DNA from: Candidatus Eiseniibacteriota bacterium
GTDB taxonomy: Bacteria; Eisenbacteria; RBG-16-71-46
Assembly (NCBI GenBank): GCA_963744995.1
Contig: CAVUWA010000004.1
Coordinates: 64,001 to 128,000, forward strand
Length of the DNA: 64,000 bases
Direction of reading: 5' to 3'
The position numbers and the translations under genes are program-made. A model generated the notes under the pieces. That model was not told where the DNA came from. It saw only the letters and a list, made by a program, of their open reading frames with translations, and did no database searches. Every line of letters starts with the position of its first letter. Within the stretch, counting starts at the first letter, position 1. This document shows positions 1-9,999 of the stretch, in pieces.

Positions 1-5
1 TCGAG

Positions 6-1106
6 TTGCTCGGCTATCTCGCCGAGGTCGATCGCCGCAGGCTCTACGTTCCGGCCGGCTATTCGTCCATGTTCGTCTGGTGCGTGAAGGCCCGGAATTA
101 CTCGGAAGCCATGGCTTCGAAGCGAATCTACGCGGCCCGCGCGGTACGTCGCTTCCCGGTCATTCTCGACATGATCGCCGACGGCCGGTTGCATTTGACG
201 GCAGTGGCGCTGCTGTCCAGGAAGCTCACCCCGGGCAATGCCAACGAACTGCTCGCAGCCGCCACCCACCGGAGCAGGCGGGAGATCGAGATCATGCTCG
301 CTGAACGCTTCCCGCAGCGCGACGTCGCGACCCGCGTGCGAGCCCTTCCGCCGGCCAGTTCTTTACCGTCCCCGGGGACGGTAAAAATCTGTGCAGCGGA
401 TGCGCAGAGCGCTGCGCCTTCGTGCGAGCGCGAAGGGGCGCCGAGCGCCACCGAAGCGCTCGCGCCGACGGCTGGCGCGTGCCGGCCATCTGCTGCCGTG
501 GAGCGGCCCGTTTCGGCGCCGGCACCGCCGGCGATGCACTCGCGCCTCGCGCCGCTTGCGCCCGGGCGATTCAGCATTCAGTTCACGATGGACGAGGCCA
601 TGCACGGGGACCTCGTGCGCGCGCAGGAACTGCTCGGGCCGCAGGCCGGAGAAGATCGGGTGCGCGAAGTCTTCCGGCGCGCCCTGCGCGAGCTGGTCGC
701 TAAACTCGAGAAGCAGAAGTTCGCCGCGCCGGCTCGGCCGCGGGCACAGAAGGCCCGCCCGGCCGGCAGGCCCGTCGCACGCAATCCCCGCCATGTTCCC
801 GCCGGGCTCAAACGCCAGGTCCTGGCCCGCGACGGCGGCCGCTGCACGTTGGTGAGCGACAGCGGCCATCGCTGCGAATCACGCGAAGCGCTCGAAATCG
901 ATCACGTGATTCCGGTCGCGAAAGGCGGTGCGCCCACGCTCGCGAATCTCAGACTGCTCTGCCGCACGCACAATCAATACGAAGCCGGGCAGGCCTTCGG
1001 CGAGGGATTCATGCACGAGATTCGCGAGCGCGCGCGCCGGAGCGCACAGGAGCGCTCGTCCCGGAACGCTGCGGCGCCGGACGCGCTTGCCTCCCCGGCG
1101 CCCTAA
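6..1106 (+). CDS. HNH endonuclease domain protein (DUF222-like N-terminus), 5'-truncated by window edge
   Basis: C-terminal RDGGRC..C..LEIDHVIPVAKGG..NLRLLCRTHN HNH signature; the ORF is open from the window start. Confidence 0.85.
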   Translation: MLGYLAEVDRRRLYVPAGYSSMFVWCVKARNYSEAMASKRIYAARAVRRFPVILDMIADGRLHLTAVALLSRKLTPGNANELLAAATHRSRREIEIMLAERFPQRDVATRVRALPPASSLPSPGTVKICAADAQSAAPSCEREGAPSATEALAPTAGACRPSAAVERPVSAPAPPAMHSRLAPLAPGRFSIQFTMDEAMHGDLVRAQELLGPQAGEDRVREVFRRALRELVAKLEKQKFAAPARPRAQKARPAGRPVARNPRHVPAGLKRQVLARDGGRCTLVSDSGHRCESREALEIDHVIPVAKGGAPTLANLRLLCRTHNQYEAGQAFGEGFMHEIRERARRSAQERSSRNAAAPDALASPAP

Positions 1107-3739
1107 CGCGTCAGGTAGTACGTGACCTTGGCCAGAAAAACGTTGTCGGGATGCGCGTCGAATACGCGCCTGAGCGACGCGGCGGGCTGGAAGTCGGGGA
1201 TGCGCTGGTCGTCGATCCGCTGCTGGGTCCAGACGAAATAGAACGCGGCGCCCGGCGCGTATTCCCAGCGGAAGACGGCGTTGCCGCGCACCGACTTCGT
1301 GTTGAAGTCCAGCCTCTCGGGCTCGCTGCCGCCCGGGCCGTCCTCGTCGAAGCTGCGCGTCGCGGGATCGTAGGTCCATGCGCCGGCGCCCTGACCCACG
1401 AAGTCCAGGCTCTTCGGCCGCGCCAGCTCCTGGAAATCCGAGTAGCGGCCGCTCGCGATCAGCGGCTGGCCGTAGAACTGCAGGCTCATCGTGGGCGTGA
1501 ACGACACGTTGAGCCGGATGTTGGCCGCGATCGTGCGCTGGTCGAGGCGTGCGAACACGTAGCGGCGCCCGTAGGTCGCGGTCGCGGCCGGGTCGTCGAG
1601 CGCGCGCACGAAGAAATGCCCGTCGCGCTGACTCTCGTAGGAGGGCCCGATCTCGAACCGAACGTTGGGCATGAGTTTGTAGGCGAAGTAGGCGTTCACG
1701 TGATCGTAGAACGAGTTCTCTTCGGGCTGCAGGAACTGGTACCACTCCACGTTGTAGTAGCGCTTGAGGCTGCCGTCGGTGTCGAAGAACAGGTCCAGTT
1801 CGTAGCCCGGCGCCTGCAGCATCAGCGGTCCGCCGCGGCTGCGGCGCGGATCCACCAGCTCCGGGTTGTAGGCACCGCTGATGTTGGCGGTCCAGTTGTT
1901 GTGGAACCACCAGAAACCACGGCCCCAGACGCCGGCCGAGGTCGGGTCACCGTCGAAGTTCGTACCACCGAAAACCGCGGCGTAGAGCTCGTGCCTGCGC
2001 ACGTGCTTCGTCGGCTCGGTCCAGCGGTAGCCGATGGCGGTGTGCGCATTGATCACGTCGGCGCGGCTCTGGAAGCCGAGGTCGTTGATCTCGAAGCCTG
2101 GCGAAATGAAGCCGGCCGCCGAGTTGCTGACGAGATTCCCCTTCTCTTTGTTGAGCCAGACACGCGCGGCGCCGCCGGTGAGCGAGGTGCGCGTCGGGTC
2201 GAGCGTCGCGTAGACGGCGTCGGGACGCTGGAAGTAGTGGCGGCTGCTCTTCTGCACCTCTTCGATGCGGGCCGCCGTGCCGGTGACCGCGCTGCCCGCC
2301 GCGTAGCCGGACATCACCCAGGTCTGCCCGTGATCCAGGAAATGCCAGCCGTCCACGACACCGGTGAATGCTTCGCTGTCGTACTGGTCGCGCAGCGCCG
2401 GATTGCCGAGGTCGCGCTTCACGAAGGTCGTGAGCAGGCCGAGACCATTGCGGCGTTCGGGGAATTCCTTGAGCAGTCGCGCCACGCCATAGTAGGCGAG
2501 CGGCTCGACCTCGGTATCGAACCGCGACAGGTCGGCGCGCTGATTGTGCGCCATCTCGCGCGCGGTGACCGCGTGCATGGTGCCGAAGTTGAGCGAGGGC
2601 GACAGCTTGCCGCTCAGCTTGGTGGCACCGAGGATCGTGGTGCCGCTCGGCACATCGGCGAACTCCGAGTCGTCGGGCAGGCTGCCCTCGGGGGCGTGGC
2701 CGATGCGGCGCGTGTAGAAGAAGGTCGGTCCCGGGAACTGGAAGTTCCAGTAGTCGCTCGCGCCCTGCTGTCCGCTGTCGAAGATCGAGCTGCCCTCGAC
2801 GAAGAACGGGCGCTTTTCGGGAAAGAACGTTTCGACGTCGGTCAGATTGACCACGGCCGGATCCACCTCGACCTGGCCGAAATCCGGATTCACCGTCGCG
2901 TTGAGCGTCAGCTGGCGTCCGACCGGCATGCGCAGGTCGCCGCCCGCGTTGCCGCGGAGGCGCGAGCCGTCGTTGAACGGGTTGAGCGGTTCGTGGGCCA
3001 GGAACTCCGCCTTCGAGGTCACGTAGGGGATGATCTCGATGGCGTTCGTCGGGTGCACGTCCTCGAGTCCGGTGAGCGGTGGAAACAGCGAGACGAAGCC
3101 GCTCGCCTTCTTCGGCCGGTTGACGTAGTAGCAGTCCTCGAAACCGCGCCCCATCTGCCGGAGGAAGTTGATACCCCAGGTCTGCACGTCGGCGTCGGAG
3201 AAGCGCAGCTGCGAGAACGGGATCCGCATCTCGCAGGACCAGCCGCGCGCGTCGCACCGCGCGCGGCCGTCCCAGACGCCGTCCCACGAGTTGTCGTCCC
3301 ATGCGTCGTTGAACAGCGTGCCGTCGAACTGGGTCCCGGCCGCGTTCAGCGCGAAGTAGTAGCCGCTGCGACGGTCATGGTAGGGGTCGAGGTAGACCCA
3401 GAACTTGTCGGAGCGCGTGCCGGCGTCGCGGCGCGAGAGCTCGCGCACGATCGAGTCGGGCGCCGAGTCGTAGAGCCGCGCGCCGACGTAGAGTGCGTCG
3501 TCGTCGTAGAGCACGCGCACGACCGTGCGCTGGGTCGGTCGCGCGCCCTCGACCGGGTCGTGCTGGACGAACGAGCTGCACGCCTGCGCCATGCGCCATG
3601 CCGGCTCGTCGAGCGCGCCGTCGATGACGATGCGCGAGTCGGCGCGCCGCGCCTGCACGTGGCGGTCGTCGATAGGGGAATCGGCGTCCACGGCGGCGGG
3701 CAGCGTGACGAGCAGCAGGGCGGCGAACAGGCGGCGCAT
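1103..3739 (-). CDS. Secreted CBM9-like/DUF5916 domain protein (probable outer-membrane protein)
   Basis: Signal peptide; IDGALDEPAW, YDDDALYVGA, EMRIPFSQLRF, LNATVNPDFGQVEVD and FFPEKRPFF motifs. Confidence 0.85.
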   Translation of the reverse strand: MRRLFAALLLVTLPAAVDADSPIDDRHVQARRADSRIVIDGALDEPAWRMAQACSSFVQHDPVEGARPTQRTVVRVLYDDDALYVGARLYDSAPDSIVRELSRRDAGTRSDKFWVYLDPYHDRRSGYYFALNAAGTQFDGTLFNDAWDDNSWDGVWDGRARCDARGWSCEMRIPFSQLRFSDADVQTWGINFLRQMGRGFEDCYYVNRPKKASGFVSLFPPLTGLEDVHPTNAIEIIPYVTSKAEFLAHEPLNPFNDGSRLRGNAGGDLRMPVGRQLTLNATVNPDFGQVEVDPAVVNLTDVETFFPEKRPFFVEGSSIFDSGQQGASDYWNFQFPGPTFFYTRRIGHAPEGSLPDDSEFADVPSGTTILGATKLSGKLSPSLNFGTMHAVTAREMAHNQRADLSRFDTEVEPLAYYGVARLLKEFPERRNGLGLLTTFVKRDLGNPALRDQYDSEAFTGVVDGWHFLDHGQTWVMSGYAAGSAVTGTAARIEEVQKSSRHYFQRPDAVYATLDPTRTSLTGGAARVWLNKEKGNLVSNSAAGFISPGFEINDLGFQSRADVINAHTAIGYRWTEPTKHVRRHELYAAVFGGTNFDGDPTSAGVWGRGFWWFHNNWTANISGAYNPELVDPRRSRGGPLMLQAPGYELDLFFDTDGSLKRYYNVEWYQFLQPEENSFYDHVNAYFAYKLMPNVRFEIGPSYESQRDGHFFVRALDDPAATATYGRRYVFARLDQRTIAANIRLNVSFTPTMSLQFYGQPLIASGRYSDFQELARPKSLDFVGQGAGAWTYDPATRSFDEDGPGGSEPERLDFNTKSVRGNAVFRWEYAPGAAFYFVWTQQRIDDQRIPDFQPAASLRRVFDAHPDNVFLAKVTYYLTR

Positions 3740-4145
3740 GCACGATCTCCGGGAGCGTGGCCCTTGCGGGCGGACTCGGCGGACCGCGGCGCGGGGCCGC
3801 GGTCGAACGATCTCGGCTGGACGACTCCGGATTCCCTGCCGTTCCCGGACGGCGTCGCGTGCGATGCGGGGTGGAAGGCGCGCCAGCGGGGGAAGCCGTT
3901 GAAGCTCCTGAACCGGAGCGAATGTAGTCGACGGAGCGGGGCGGGTGTCACGCGGGTGTCAGAATCCCGGCATGCGGGGGCCAACCGTGCCGTGCGCGTG
4001 ACGAACGCGTGCGCCGCGGAACCAGGGGACGGAAATGGTCCGCCGCACGAGGCGCAAGCGCGCCCGCAACCGGCTTGCCGGGCGCCGTCTCGCCCGTGAT
4101 AATCCGGCGCTTCGACTCCACGAACCGATTCGAAAGGAGGCTTCC

Positions 4146-5174
4146 GTGAAGACTGCGTGCCTGGCGCTGGCCGTACTGCTCGCCCCTTCCGTGGCGCACC
4201 CCGCTCCTGCTTCGGACTGTGTGCCGCAGAGCTATTTCGACCACAGTGGCCAGTCCGGCGTGCAGGACGGCGGCGTGAAGATGATTCCGATCACGACGCC
4301 GAAGGGCACGTTCAACGTCTGGACCCAACGCATCGGCAACAATCCGCGCATCAAGGTGCTGCTGCTGCACGGCGGTCCCGGTTTCGACCACGAGTACCTC
4401 GAGGCCTTCAGCAGCTTCTTCCCTGGCGCGGGGATCGAGTTCTACTACTACGATCAGCTCGGCTCCGCGTTCAGCGATCAGCCCGACGATTCGACGCTGT
4501 GGAACATTCCACGCTTCGTGGACGAGGTCGAGCAGGTGCGCAAGGCGCTCGGGCTCGGACCCGACAACTTCTATCTCTACGGCCATTCGTGGGGCGGCAT
4601 TCTCGGGATCGAGTACGCGCTCGCGCATCAGGACCAGCTCAAGGGCCTGATCATCTCCAACATGATGGCCAGCATCCCCGCGTACGGCCGGTACGCGCAT
4701 GACGTGCTGATGCCGGCGATGGATCAGACCGTGCTCAAGGAGATCCTGCAGCTCGAAGCCGCGAAGGACTACGACAATCCGCGCTACGAAGAGCTGCTGA
4801 TGGGAAGCTTCTACCCGGAGCACATCCTGCGGATGCCGCCGGAGCAGTGGCCCAATCCGGTGATGCGGGCGTTCATGACGGTGAACAAGTCCATTTACGT
4901 TCCCATGCAGGGCCCGAGCGAATTGGGTGCGAGCGGCAAACTCGAGCACTGGGATCGGATGCAGGATCTGCCGAAGATCAAGGTGCCGACGCTCGTGATC
5001 GGAGCGAAGTACGGCACCATGGATCCGGCCTACTTGAAGCGCATGTCGGAGGCGCTGCCGAAGGGGCGCTTTCTCCTGTGCCCGAACGGCAGCCACCTGG
5101 CGATGTACGACGACCAGCAGACCTACTTCGACGGGCTGATCCGGTTCATCCGGGACGTGGATGCCGGGCGCTGA
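4146..5174 (+). CDS. pip: Proline iminopeptidase family (S33) alpha/beta hydrolase, secreted
   Basis: AAGGAGG SD then GTG at 4146; signal peptide; LLHGGPG, YDQLG, GHSWGG nucleophile, GSHLAMYD His. Confidence 0.85.
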   Translation: MKTACLALAVLLAPSVAHPAPASDCVPQSYFDHSGQSGVQDGGVKMIPITTPKGTFNVWTQRIGNNPRIKVLLLHGGPGFDHEYLEAFSSFFPGAGIEFYYYDQLGSAFSDQPDDSTLWNIPRFVDEVEQVRKALGLGPDNFYLYGHSWGGILGIEYALAHQDQLKGLIISNMMASIPAYGRYAHDVLMPAMDQTVLKEILQLEAAKDYDNPRYEELLMGSFYPEHILRMPPEQWPNPVMRAFMTVNKSIYVPMQGPSELGASGKLEHWDRMQDLPKIKVPTLVIGAKYGTMDPAYLKRMSEALPKGRFLLCPNGSHLAMYDDQQTYFDGLIRFIRDVDAGR

Positions 5175-5345
5175 GCCCGGCGGGCGGCGCGTGGTCCGGG
5201 CGGTGGGCTGGAATCTTCCCCGCCCGCGCGCCAGGTATTCGCGCGCCGGGACCGCATGTCGCCGACTGGAGCCACGAGCGCCTCTGGCGTAGATTTGGAG
5301 CGGCGTGTTCGAGGAATGCACGTCTGACCCGGCGGCGGAGGAGCA

Positions 5346-6788
5346 TTGACGTTCCCGAAGATCATTCAGGGCGGCATGGGCGTAGGCGTTTCGAACTGGG
5401 TGCTGGCCCGGGAGGTATCGCGGCTTGGCCACCTGGGCGTGGTGTCGGGCACGGCGCTGGACGCCGTCTTCGTCCGCCGGCTCGCCGACGGCGATCCGGG
5501 CGGGCACATGCGCCGCGCGATCGCGGCCTGCCCGCTGCCCGGCATCGCGGACGAGGTCCTCGCGAGGTTCTTCCGGCCCGAGGGCCGCGGTCCCGGTGAG
5601 CCGTACCCGACGCTGCCGCTCATGCGACGGACGCTCGATCCGTTCCGGCAGCGACTGATCGCGCTCGCGAACTTCGCCGAGGTCCACCTCGCGCGTGAGG
5701 GCCATGCGGGCGAGATCGGCATCAACTACCTCACCAAGATCCAGATCCCGACGCTGCCGTCGCTCTACGGCGCGATGCTCGCCGGCGTCGGCGCCGTGCT
5801 GATGGGGGCAGGAATCCCGCGTGACATCCCCGGGGCGATCGACCTGCTCGCCGCGCACGAGGCCGCTTCGATCCGCTACGACGTGCAGGGCGGGAGCGGT
5901 GCCGCGGACGAAGTGCTGAAGTTCGATCCGGCGGTGCTGTGGGAGGGCAAGACGCCGCCCGCGCTCGAGCGGCCGCGCTTCATCGCGATCGTCTCCTCCG
6001 ACTCGCTCGCCGCGATCCTCGCCCGCAAGGCGAGCGGCCGGGTCGACGGTTTCGTCGTCGAGCGCCCGACCGCCGGTGGTCACAACGCGCCGCCGCGCGG
6101 CAGGACCGAGCTCAACGAGCGCGGCGAGCCGGTCTACGGCGAGCGCGACGTGGCCGACCTCGCGAAGATCGCCGCGCTCGGCCTGCCCTTCTGGGTCGCC
6201 GGCGGCACGGGCACGCCCCGGGGTCTGCGCGAGGCGCTGGAGGCGGGCGCGGCCGGCGTGCAGGTCGGCACCCTGTTCGCGTTTACCGAAGAATCGGGGC
6301 TCCGGCCGGACCTCAAGCGCCGCGTGCTCGAGATCGCTCGCGGCGGCGGTGGCCGGGTGCTCACCGATGCCCGCGCCTCGCCGACCGGCTTCCCGTTCAA
6401 GGTCGTGTCGCTCGAGGACTCCGCCTCGGAGGCGGAGCCCTACGCGGCGCGCGGACGCATCTGCGATCTCGGCTACCTGCGCGCCGCCTACCGTCGCGAG
6501 GACGGGACGATCGGCTACCGCTGCTCTTCGGAGCCGATCGACGCTTTCGTGCGCAAGGGCGGAGATCTGGCGGAGACCACCGGCCGCAAGTGCATCTGCA
6601 ACGCGCTCGTCGCGAACATCGGGTTCGCCCAGCTGCGCGACGGCGGCGAGGAGCCGCCGCTGCTCACCAGCGGCGACGATCTCTCCCGAATCCCTGAAGT
6701 GCTCGGCGATCGCGAGGCCTACACGGCTGCCGACGTGATCGAGTATCTGCTGGCCGGGTCTTCCGCCCCGAAGCGCCAGCACGGCTGA
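5346..6788 (+). CDS. Nitronate monooxygenase / 2-nitropropane dioxygenase family flavoprotein
   Basis: PKIIQGGMGVGVS, AGGHNAPPRG, GAAGVQVGTLF motifs; GGAGGAG SD before TTG. Confidence 0.85.
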   Translation: MTFPKIIQGGMGVGVSNWVLAREVSRLGHLGVVSGTALDAVFVRRLADGDPGGHMRRAIAACPLPGIADEVLARFFRPEGRGPGEPYPTLPLMRRTLDPFRQRLIALANFAEVHLAREGHAGEIGINYLTKIQIPTLPSLYGAMLAGVGAVLMGAGIPRDIPGAIDLLAAHEAASIRYDVQGGSGAADEVLKFDPAVLWEGKTPPALERPRFIAIVSSDSLAAILARKASGRVDGFVVERPTAGGHNAPPRGRTELNERGEPVYGERDVADLAKIAALGLPFWVAGGTGTPRGLREALEAGAAGVQVGTLFAFTEESGLRPDLKRRVLEIARGGGGRVLTDARASPTGFPFKVVSLEDSASEAEPYAARGRICDLGYLRAAYRREDGTIGYRCSSEPIDAFVRKGGDLAETTGRKCICNALVANIGFAQLRDGGEEPPLLTSGDDLSRIPEVLGDREAYTAADVIEYLLAGSSAPKRQHG

Positions 6789-6822
6789 GCCGCCGCCTGC
6801 GGCCTTTCACACCAGAAGCACG

Positions 6823-6852
6823 ACGGCCCGGCGGATCGCACCGCCGGGCCGT
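6823..6852. terminator. Hairpin between convergent genes (probable intrinsic terminator)
   Basis: Perfect 12-bp inverted repeat ACGGCCCGGCGG-atcgca-CCGCCGGGCCGT. Confidence 0.65.
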
Positions 6853-6878
6853 TGCCGTTTCCGCTTCGCGGGAAAGCG

Positions 6879-8903
6879 CTACCAGATCTTCACGCGCTGC
6901 TCCGGCGGGAGGTACAGCGAGTCGCCCGGCTCCACGTTGAACGCGGTGTAGAACTCCGGCATGTTGCGCATCACGCCGTTCACGCGGAACCGGTCGGGCG
7001 CGTGCGGGTTCGACAGCACCACCGCGCGCGTGAGCTGATCGGTCATCTTGGACCGCCAGATCGTGGCCCAGCCCATGAAGAAGCGCTGATCGCCGGTGAG
7101 GCCGTCGATCAGCGGCGATTCCTTGCCGTTCAGCGATTTCTCGTAGGCCCGGTGCGCGATGGTGAGCCCGCTGAGGTCGCCGATGTTCTCGCCGAGCGTC
7201 AGACGTCCGTTGACGTGCAGGCCGGGCAGCGCCTCGTAGGCGTCGAACTGCTCGACCAGTTGGTCGGCGCGCTGCGTGAACGCGCTGTCGTCCCGGGCCG
7301 TCCACCAGTCCTTGAGGTTGCCGTCGCCGTCGTACTTGCGGCCCTGATCGTCGAAGCCGTGACTGATCTCGTGGCCGATCACGGCGCCGATGGCCCCGTA
7401 GTTGACCGCGTCATCCGCCGTCATGTCGAAGAACGGCGGCTGCAGGATCGCCGCCGGGAATACGATCTTGTTGAGCGGCGGATCGTAGTAGGCATTCACC
7501 GTCTGCGGCGTCATGCCCCACTCATCGGGATCCACCGGCTGGCCGAGCTTGTTCATCTGCCGCTGGAATTCGAACGCGTTCGCGCGCCGCGCGTCGCCCA
7601 CCAGATCGCCGGGCTCGATCTCGAGCGTCGTGTAGTCGATCCACTTCTTCGGGTAGCCGATCTGCGGCGTGAACTTGGCGAGCTTCTCCTCGGCCTTCTC
7701 ACGCGTCTCGGGCCCCATCCAGGCCAGCTCCTGGATGTTGTCCTTCATCGCCGCCTCGACGTTGGCGACGAGCTGGTCCATGCGCGCCTTGGCCTCCGGC
7801 GGGAAGTTGCGCTCGACGTAGATCCTGCCGAGCGCCATGCCCATCATGCCTTCGACGAACCGTGTGCCGCGCTTCCAGCGCTCGGGCTGCGCGCGCGTGC
7901 CGGCGATCAGGCGCGTGAACTGGAAGTTGGCGTCGGTGAACGGCGACGACAGCAGCGGCGCCGTGGCGTGGATCAGCTTGAAGGCCGCGTAGTCCTTCCA
8001 GGTGTCGAGCGGCGTGGTCCTGACGAGCGTGCCCATGCCGGTGAGGTAGGAGGGCTCGTTGACGTTCAGCTCGGTGAGGTCGTCGAGGCCGGCGCCGTGG
8101 AAGAGACGGGTCCAGTCGACGTCGGCCGAGAGCTTGTTCAGATCCGCGACCCTGTAGCGATTGTGGGTCTTGCTCTCCTCGCGCGTCTCCTCGGCCGGCC
8201 ACTGGGCCTTCGCGATGCCGGTCTCGAGCGCGACGACGTTCTTCGCGCGCCGCTCGCCGTCGGGAACGCCGGCGAGGTCGAACAGCTTCGCGATGTAGGC
8301 CTGGTACTGGCCGCGCACCGCGACCAGTTGCGGGTCGTTCTTGAGGAAGTAATCGCGGTTCGGCAGGCCGATCCCCGACTGCACCATGTAGAGCATGTTC
8401 TGCTTCGAGTCCTCGAAGTCGCCGTCGATGAACACGCCGGTGGGGCTCTGGATGCCATTGCGCCAGCACTTGCCGAACCAGGCGAGCAGGTCGTCCTTCG
8501 ACTGCAGCGCGGCAATGGCGTCGAGCTCGGGCTGGAGCGGCGCGATGCCGGCGCTCTCGACGGCGGCGCTGTCCATGAAGGTCGCGTAGAGGTCGCCGAG
8601 CTTCTGCTCGTCGGCGCTCCGGTCCTTCTTCACCGCGAGCTCTTCGAGGATGTCGTGGCGCTTGCGCTCGCTCTCGAGGAACAGATCGATGAACGAGCCG
8701 ATGGTCGGCAGATCGGCGGGTATTTCCGTCTTGTCGAGCCAGCCGCCGTTCACGTAGCGGTAGAAGTCGTCCTGTGCGCGCACGGTCGTGTCCATCAACG
8801 CCACCTCGATGCCTGAGCGCGGGGGCTTCGGCTGGGCGCCGCACCCGGCCAGCGTGCCGGCCAGGGCCAGCGCGGCGAGAAAGCCGAACTGCATTCGATT
8901 CAT
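6879..8903 (-). CDS. M13 family (neprilysin/PepO-like) zinc metallopeptidase, lipoprotein
   Basis: Lipobox LAGC; QDDFYRYVNG, VNAYY, HEISH zinc motif, GENIGD. Confidence 0.93.
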   Translation of the reverse strand: MNRMQFGFLAALALAGTLAGCGAQPKPPRSGIEVALMDTTVRAQDDFYRYVNGGWLDKTEIPADLPTIGSFIDLFLESERKRHDILEELAVKKDRSADEQKLGDLYATFMDSAAVESAGIAPLQPELDAIAALQSKDDLLAWFGKCWRNGIQSPTGVFIDGDFEDSKQNMLYMVQSGIGLPNRDYFLKNDPQLVAVRGQYQAYIAKLFDLAGVPDGERRAKNVVALETGIAKAQWPAEETREESKTHNRYRVADLNKLSADVDWTRLFHGAGLDDLTELNVNEPSYLTGMGTLVRTTPLDTWKDYAAFKLIHATAPLLSSPFTDANFQFTRLIAGTRAQPERWKRGTRFVEGMMGMALGRIYVERNFPPEAKARMDQLVANVEAAMKDNIQELAWMGPETREKAEEKLAKFTPQIGYPKKWIDYTTLEIEPGDLVGDARRANAFEFQRQMNKLGQPVDPDEWGMTPQTVNAYYDPPLNKIVFPAAILQPPFFDMTADDAVNYGAIGAVIGHEISHGFDDQGRKYDGDGNLKDWWTARDDSAFTQRADQLVEQFDAYEALPGLHVNGRLTLGENIGDLSGLTIAHRAYEKSLNGKESPLIDGLTGDQRFFMGWATIWRSKMTDQLTRAVVLSNPHAPDRFRVNGVMRNMPEFYTAFNVEPGDSLYLPPEQRVKIW

Positions 8904-9123
8904 GGAGAGAAATCCTTTCGGTATCGTCCCGGGCCGCGGTCTGCCGGCTCGCCGGGGTCTCCGGCGGGCGCGGCGCGGACCCGATCAAGGGCGACCATGA
9001 CACTCGACTTCCGATGCGGGAGCGTGGCGGCCCGACCCGTGTACCGCAACGTCCGCGTGTCGAACGCGACGTTCCCGTGGACGAACGCCCCGCGGAACTC
9101 CGTCAACCGGGACCATCCGGGGC

Positions 9124-9999
9124 TCAGACCCCGAATTCCTCGATCAGCACCCCCATCCGGCCCATCTGCGCGTCGCGCATCGCCTCGAGGATCTGGGTCG
9201 TGTCGTTCATCACGAACGGCCCCGAGCGCACCACCGGTTCGCCGAGCGGCTGCCCGGTCGCGAGCAGGACCCGGGTGTCTTCCAGGGCCTCGAAGAGCGC
9301 CGGACCACCGTCGAGCTCGAACGCCACCAGCCGCTCCCCGGCGACCGCCTGCTCGCCATTCACCCGCAGCCGGCCGTCGAGCAGGTAGGCGAATGCATGA
9401 TGCCCCTCGGGGAGTGGCGCCTCGATCCGCGCACCGGCCGCCAGCGCCAGGCTGAACGCGCCGATCGGAGAATGCGTCTCGACGGGCCCCGTCACGCCGC
9501 TCCACGCACCGGCGATCACCTGCACGCGCGCGCCGCCGCTCTCGACCACCGGCAGCGCGTCCCTCTGCAGCCCCTGGTAGCGCGGCGGCGCGAACTTGGC
9601 GTCCTTCGGCAGGTTCACCCAGAGCTGCACCAGCTCCTGGATGCCGCCCTGCTCGGACAGCGCGCGCGGTGGCCGCTCGCTGTGGACGAGCCCCATCCCG
9701 GCGGTGATCCACTGCACGCCGCCCGCGCCGATCACGCTGTCATGGCCGCGCGAGTCGCGGTGGTGAACGCCGCCCCGGTAGATGAACGTGACCGGCTCGA
9801 AGCCGCGATGCGGATGGGGCGGGACGCCGTCTTCCTGCTGCCGGTGCCCGCCCGCGTGTTCGATCACCAGATGATGGAGCAGCAGGAACGGATCGAGCTC
9901 GGTGAGCCCCGGGTGCGGCAGGGGCTGCTTCACCGTGATCCCGTCCATGTCCACCGGGCGCGCCGGGACGACGACGCGCACCGGCCGCCACTTCGTCAT
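9124..9999 (-). CDS. Pirin family protein
   Basis: DPFLLLHH, PHPHRGFEPVT, QWITAGMGLVHSE, QLWVNLP, GPFVMN; ATG overlaps the upstream stop (ATGA). Confidence 0.92.
   Translation of the reverse strand: MTKWRPVRVVVPARPVDMDGITVKQPLPHPGLTELDPFLLLHHLVIEHAGGHRQQEDGVPPHPHRGFEPVTFIYRGGVHHRDSRGHDSVIGAGGVQWITAGMGLVHSERPPRALSEQGGIQELVQLWVNLPKDAKFAPPRYQGLQRDALPVVESGGARVQVIAGAWSGVTGPVETHSPIGAFSLALAAGARIEAPLPEGHHAFAYLLDGRLRVNGEQAVAGERLVAFELDGGPALFEALEDTRVLLATGQPLGEPVVRSGPFVMNDTTQILEAMRDAQMGRMGVLIEEFGV

Noticed and set aside
1151..4099. 982-aa + strand ORF and other long antisense ORFs (44614-49722, 56901-59237, 6852-8816, 19765-21579, 30532-32298)
   Set aside because: These are shadows of real opposite-strand genes, caused by scarce stop codons at very high GC. 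They show no family motifs.
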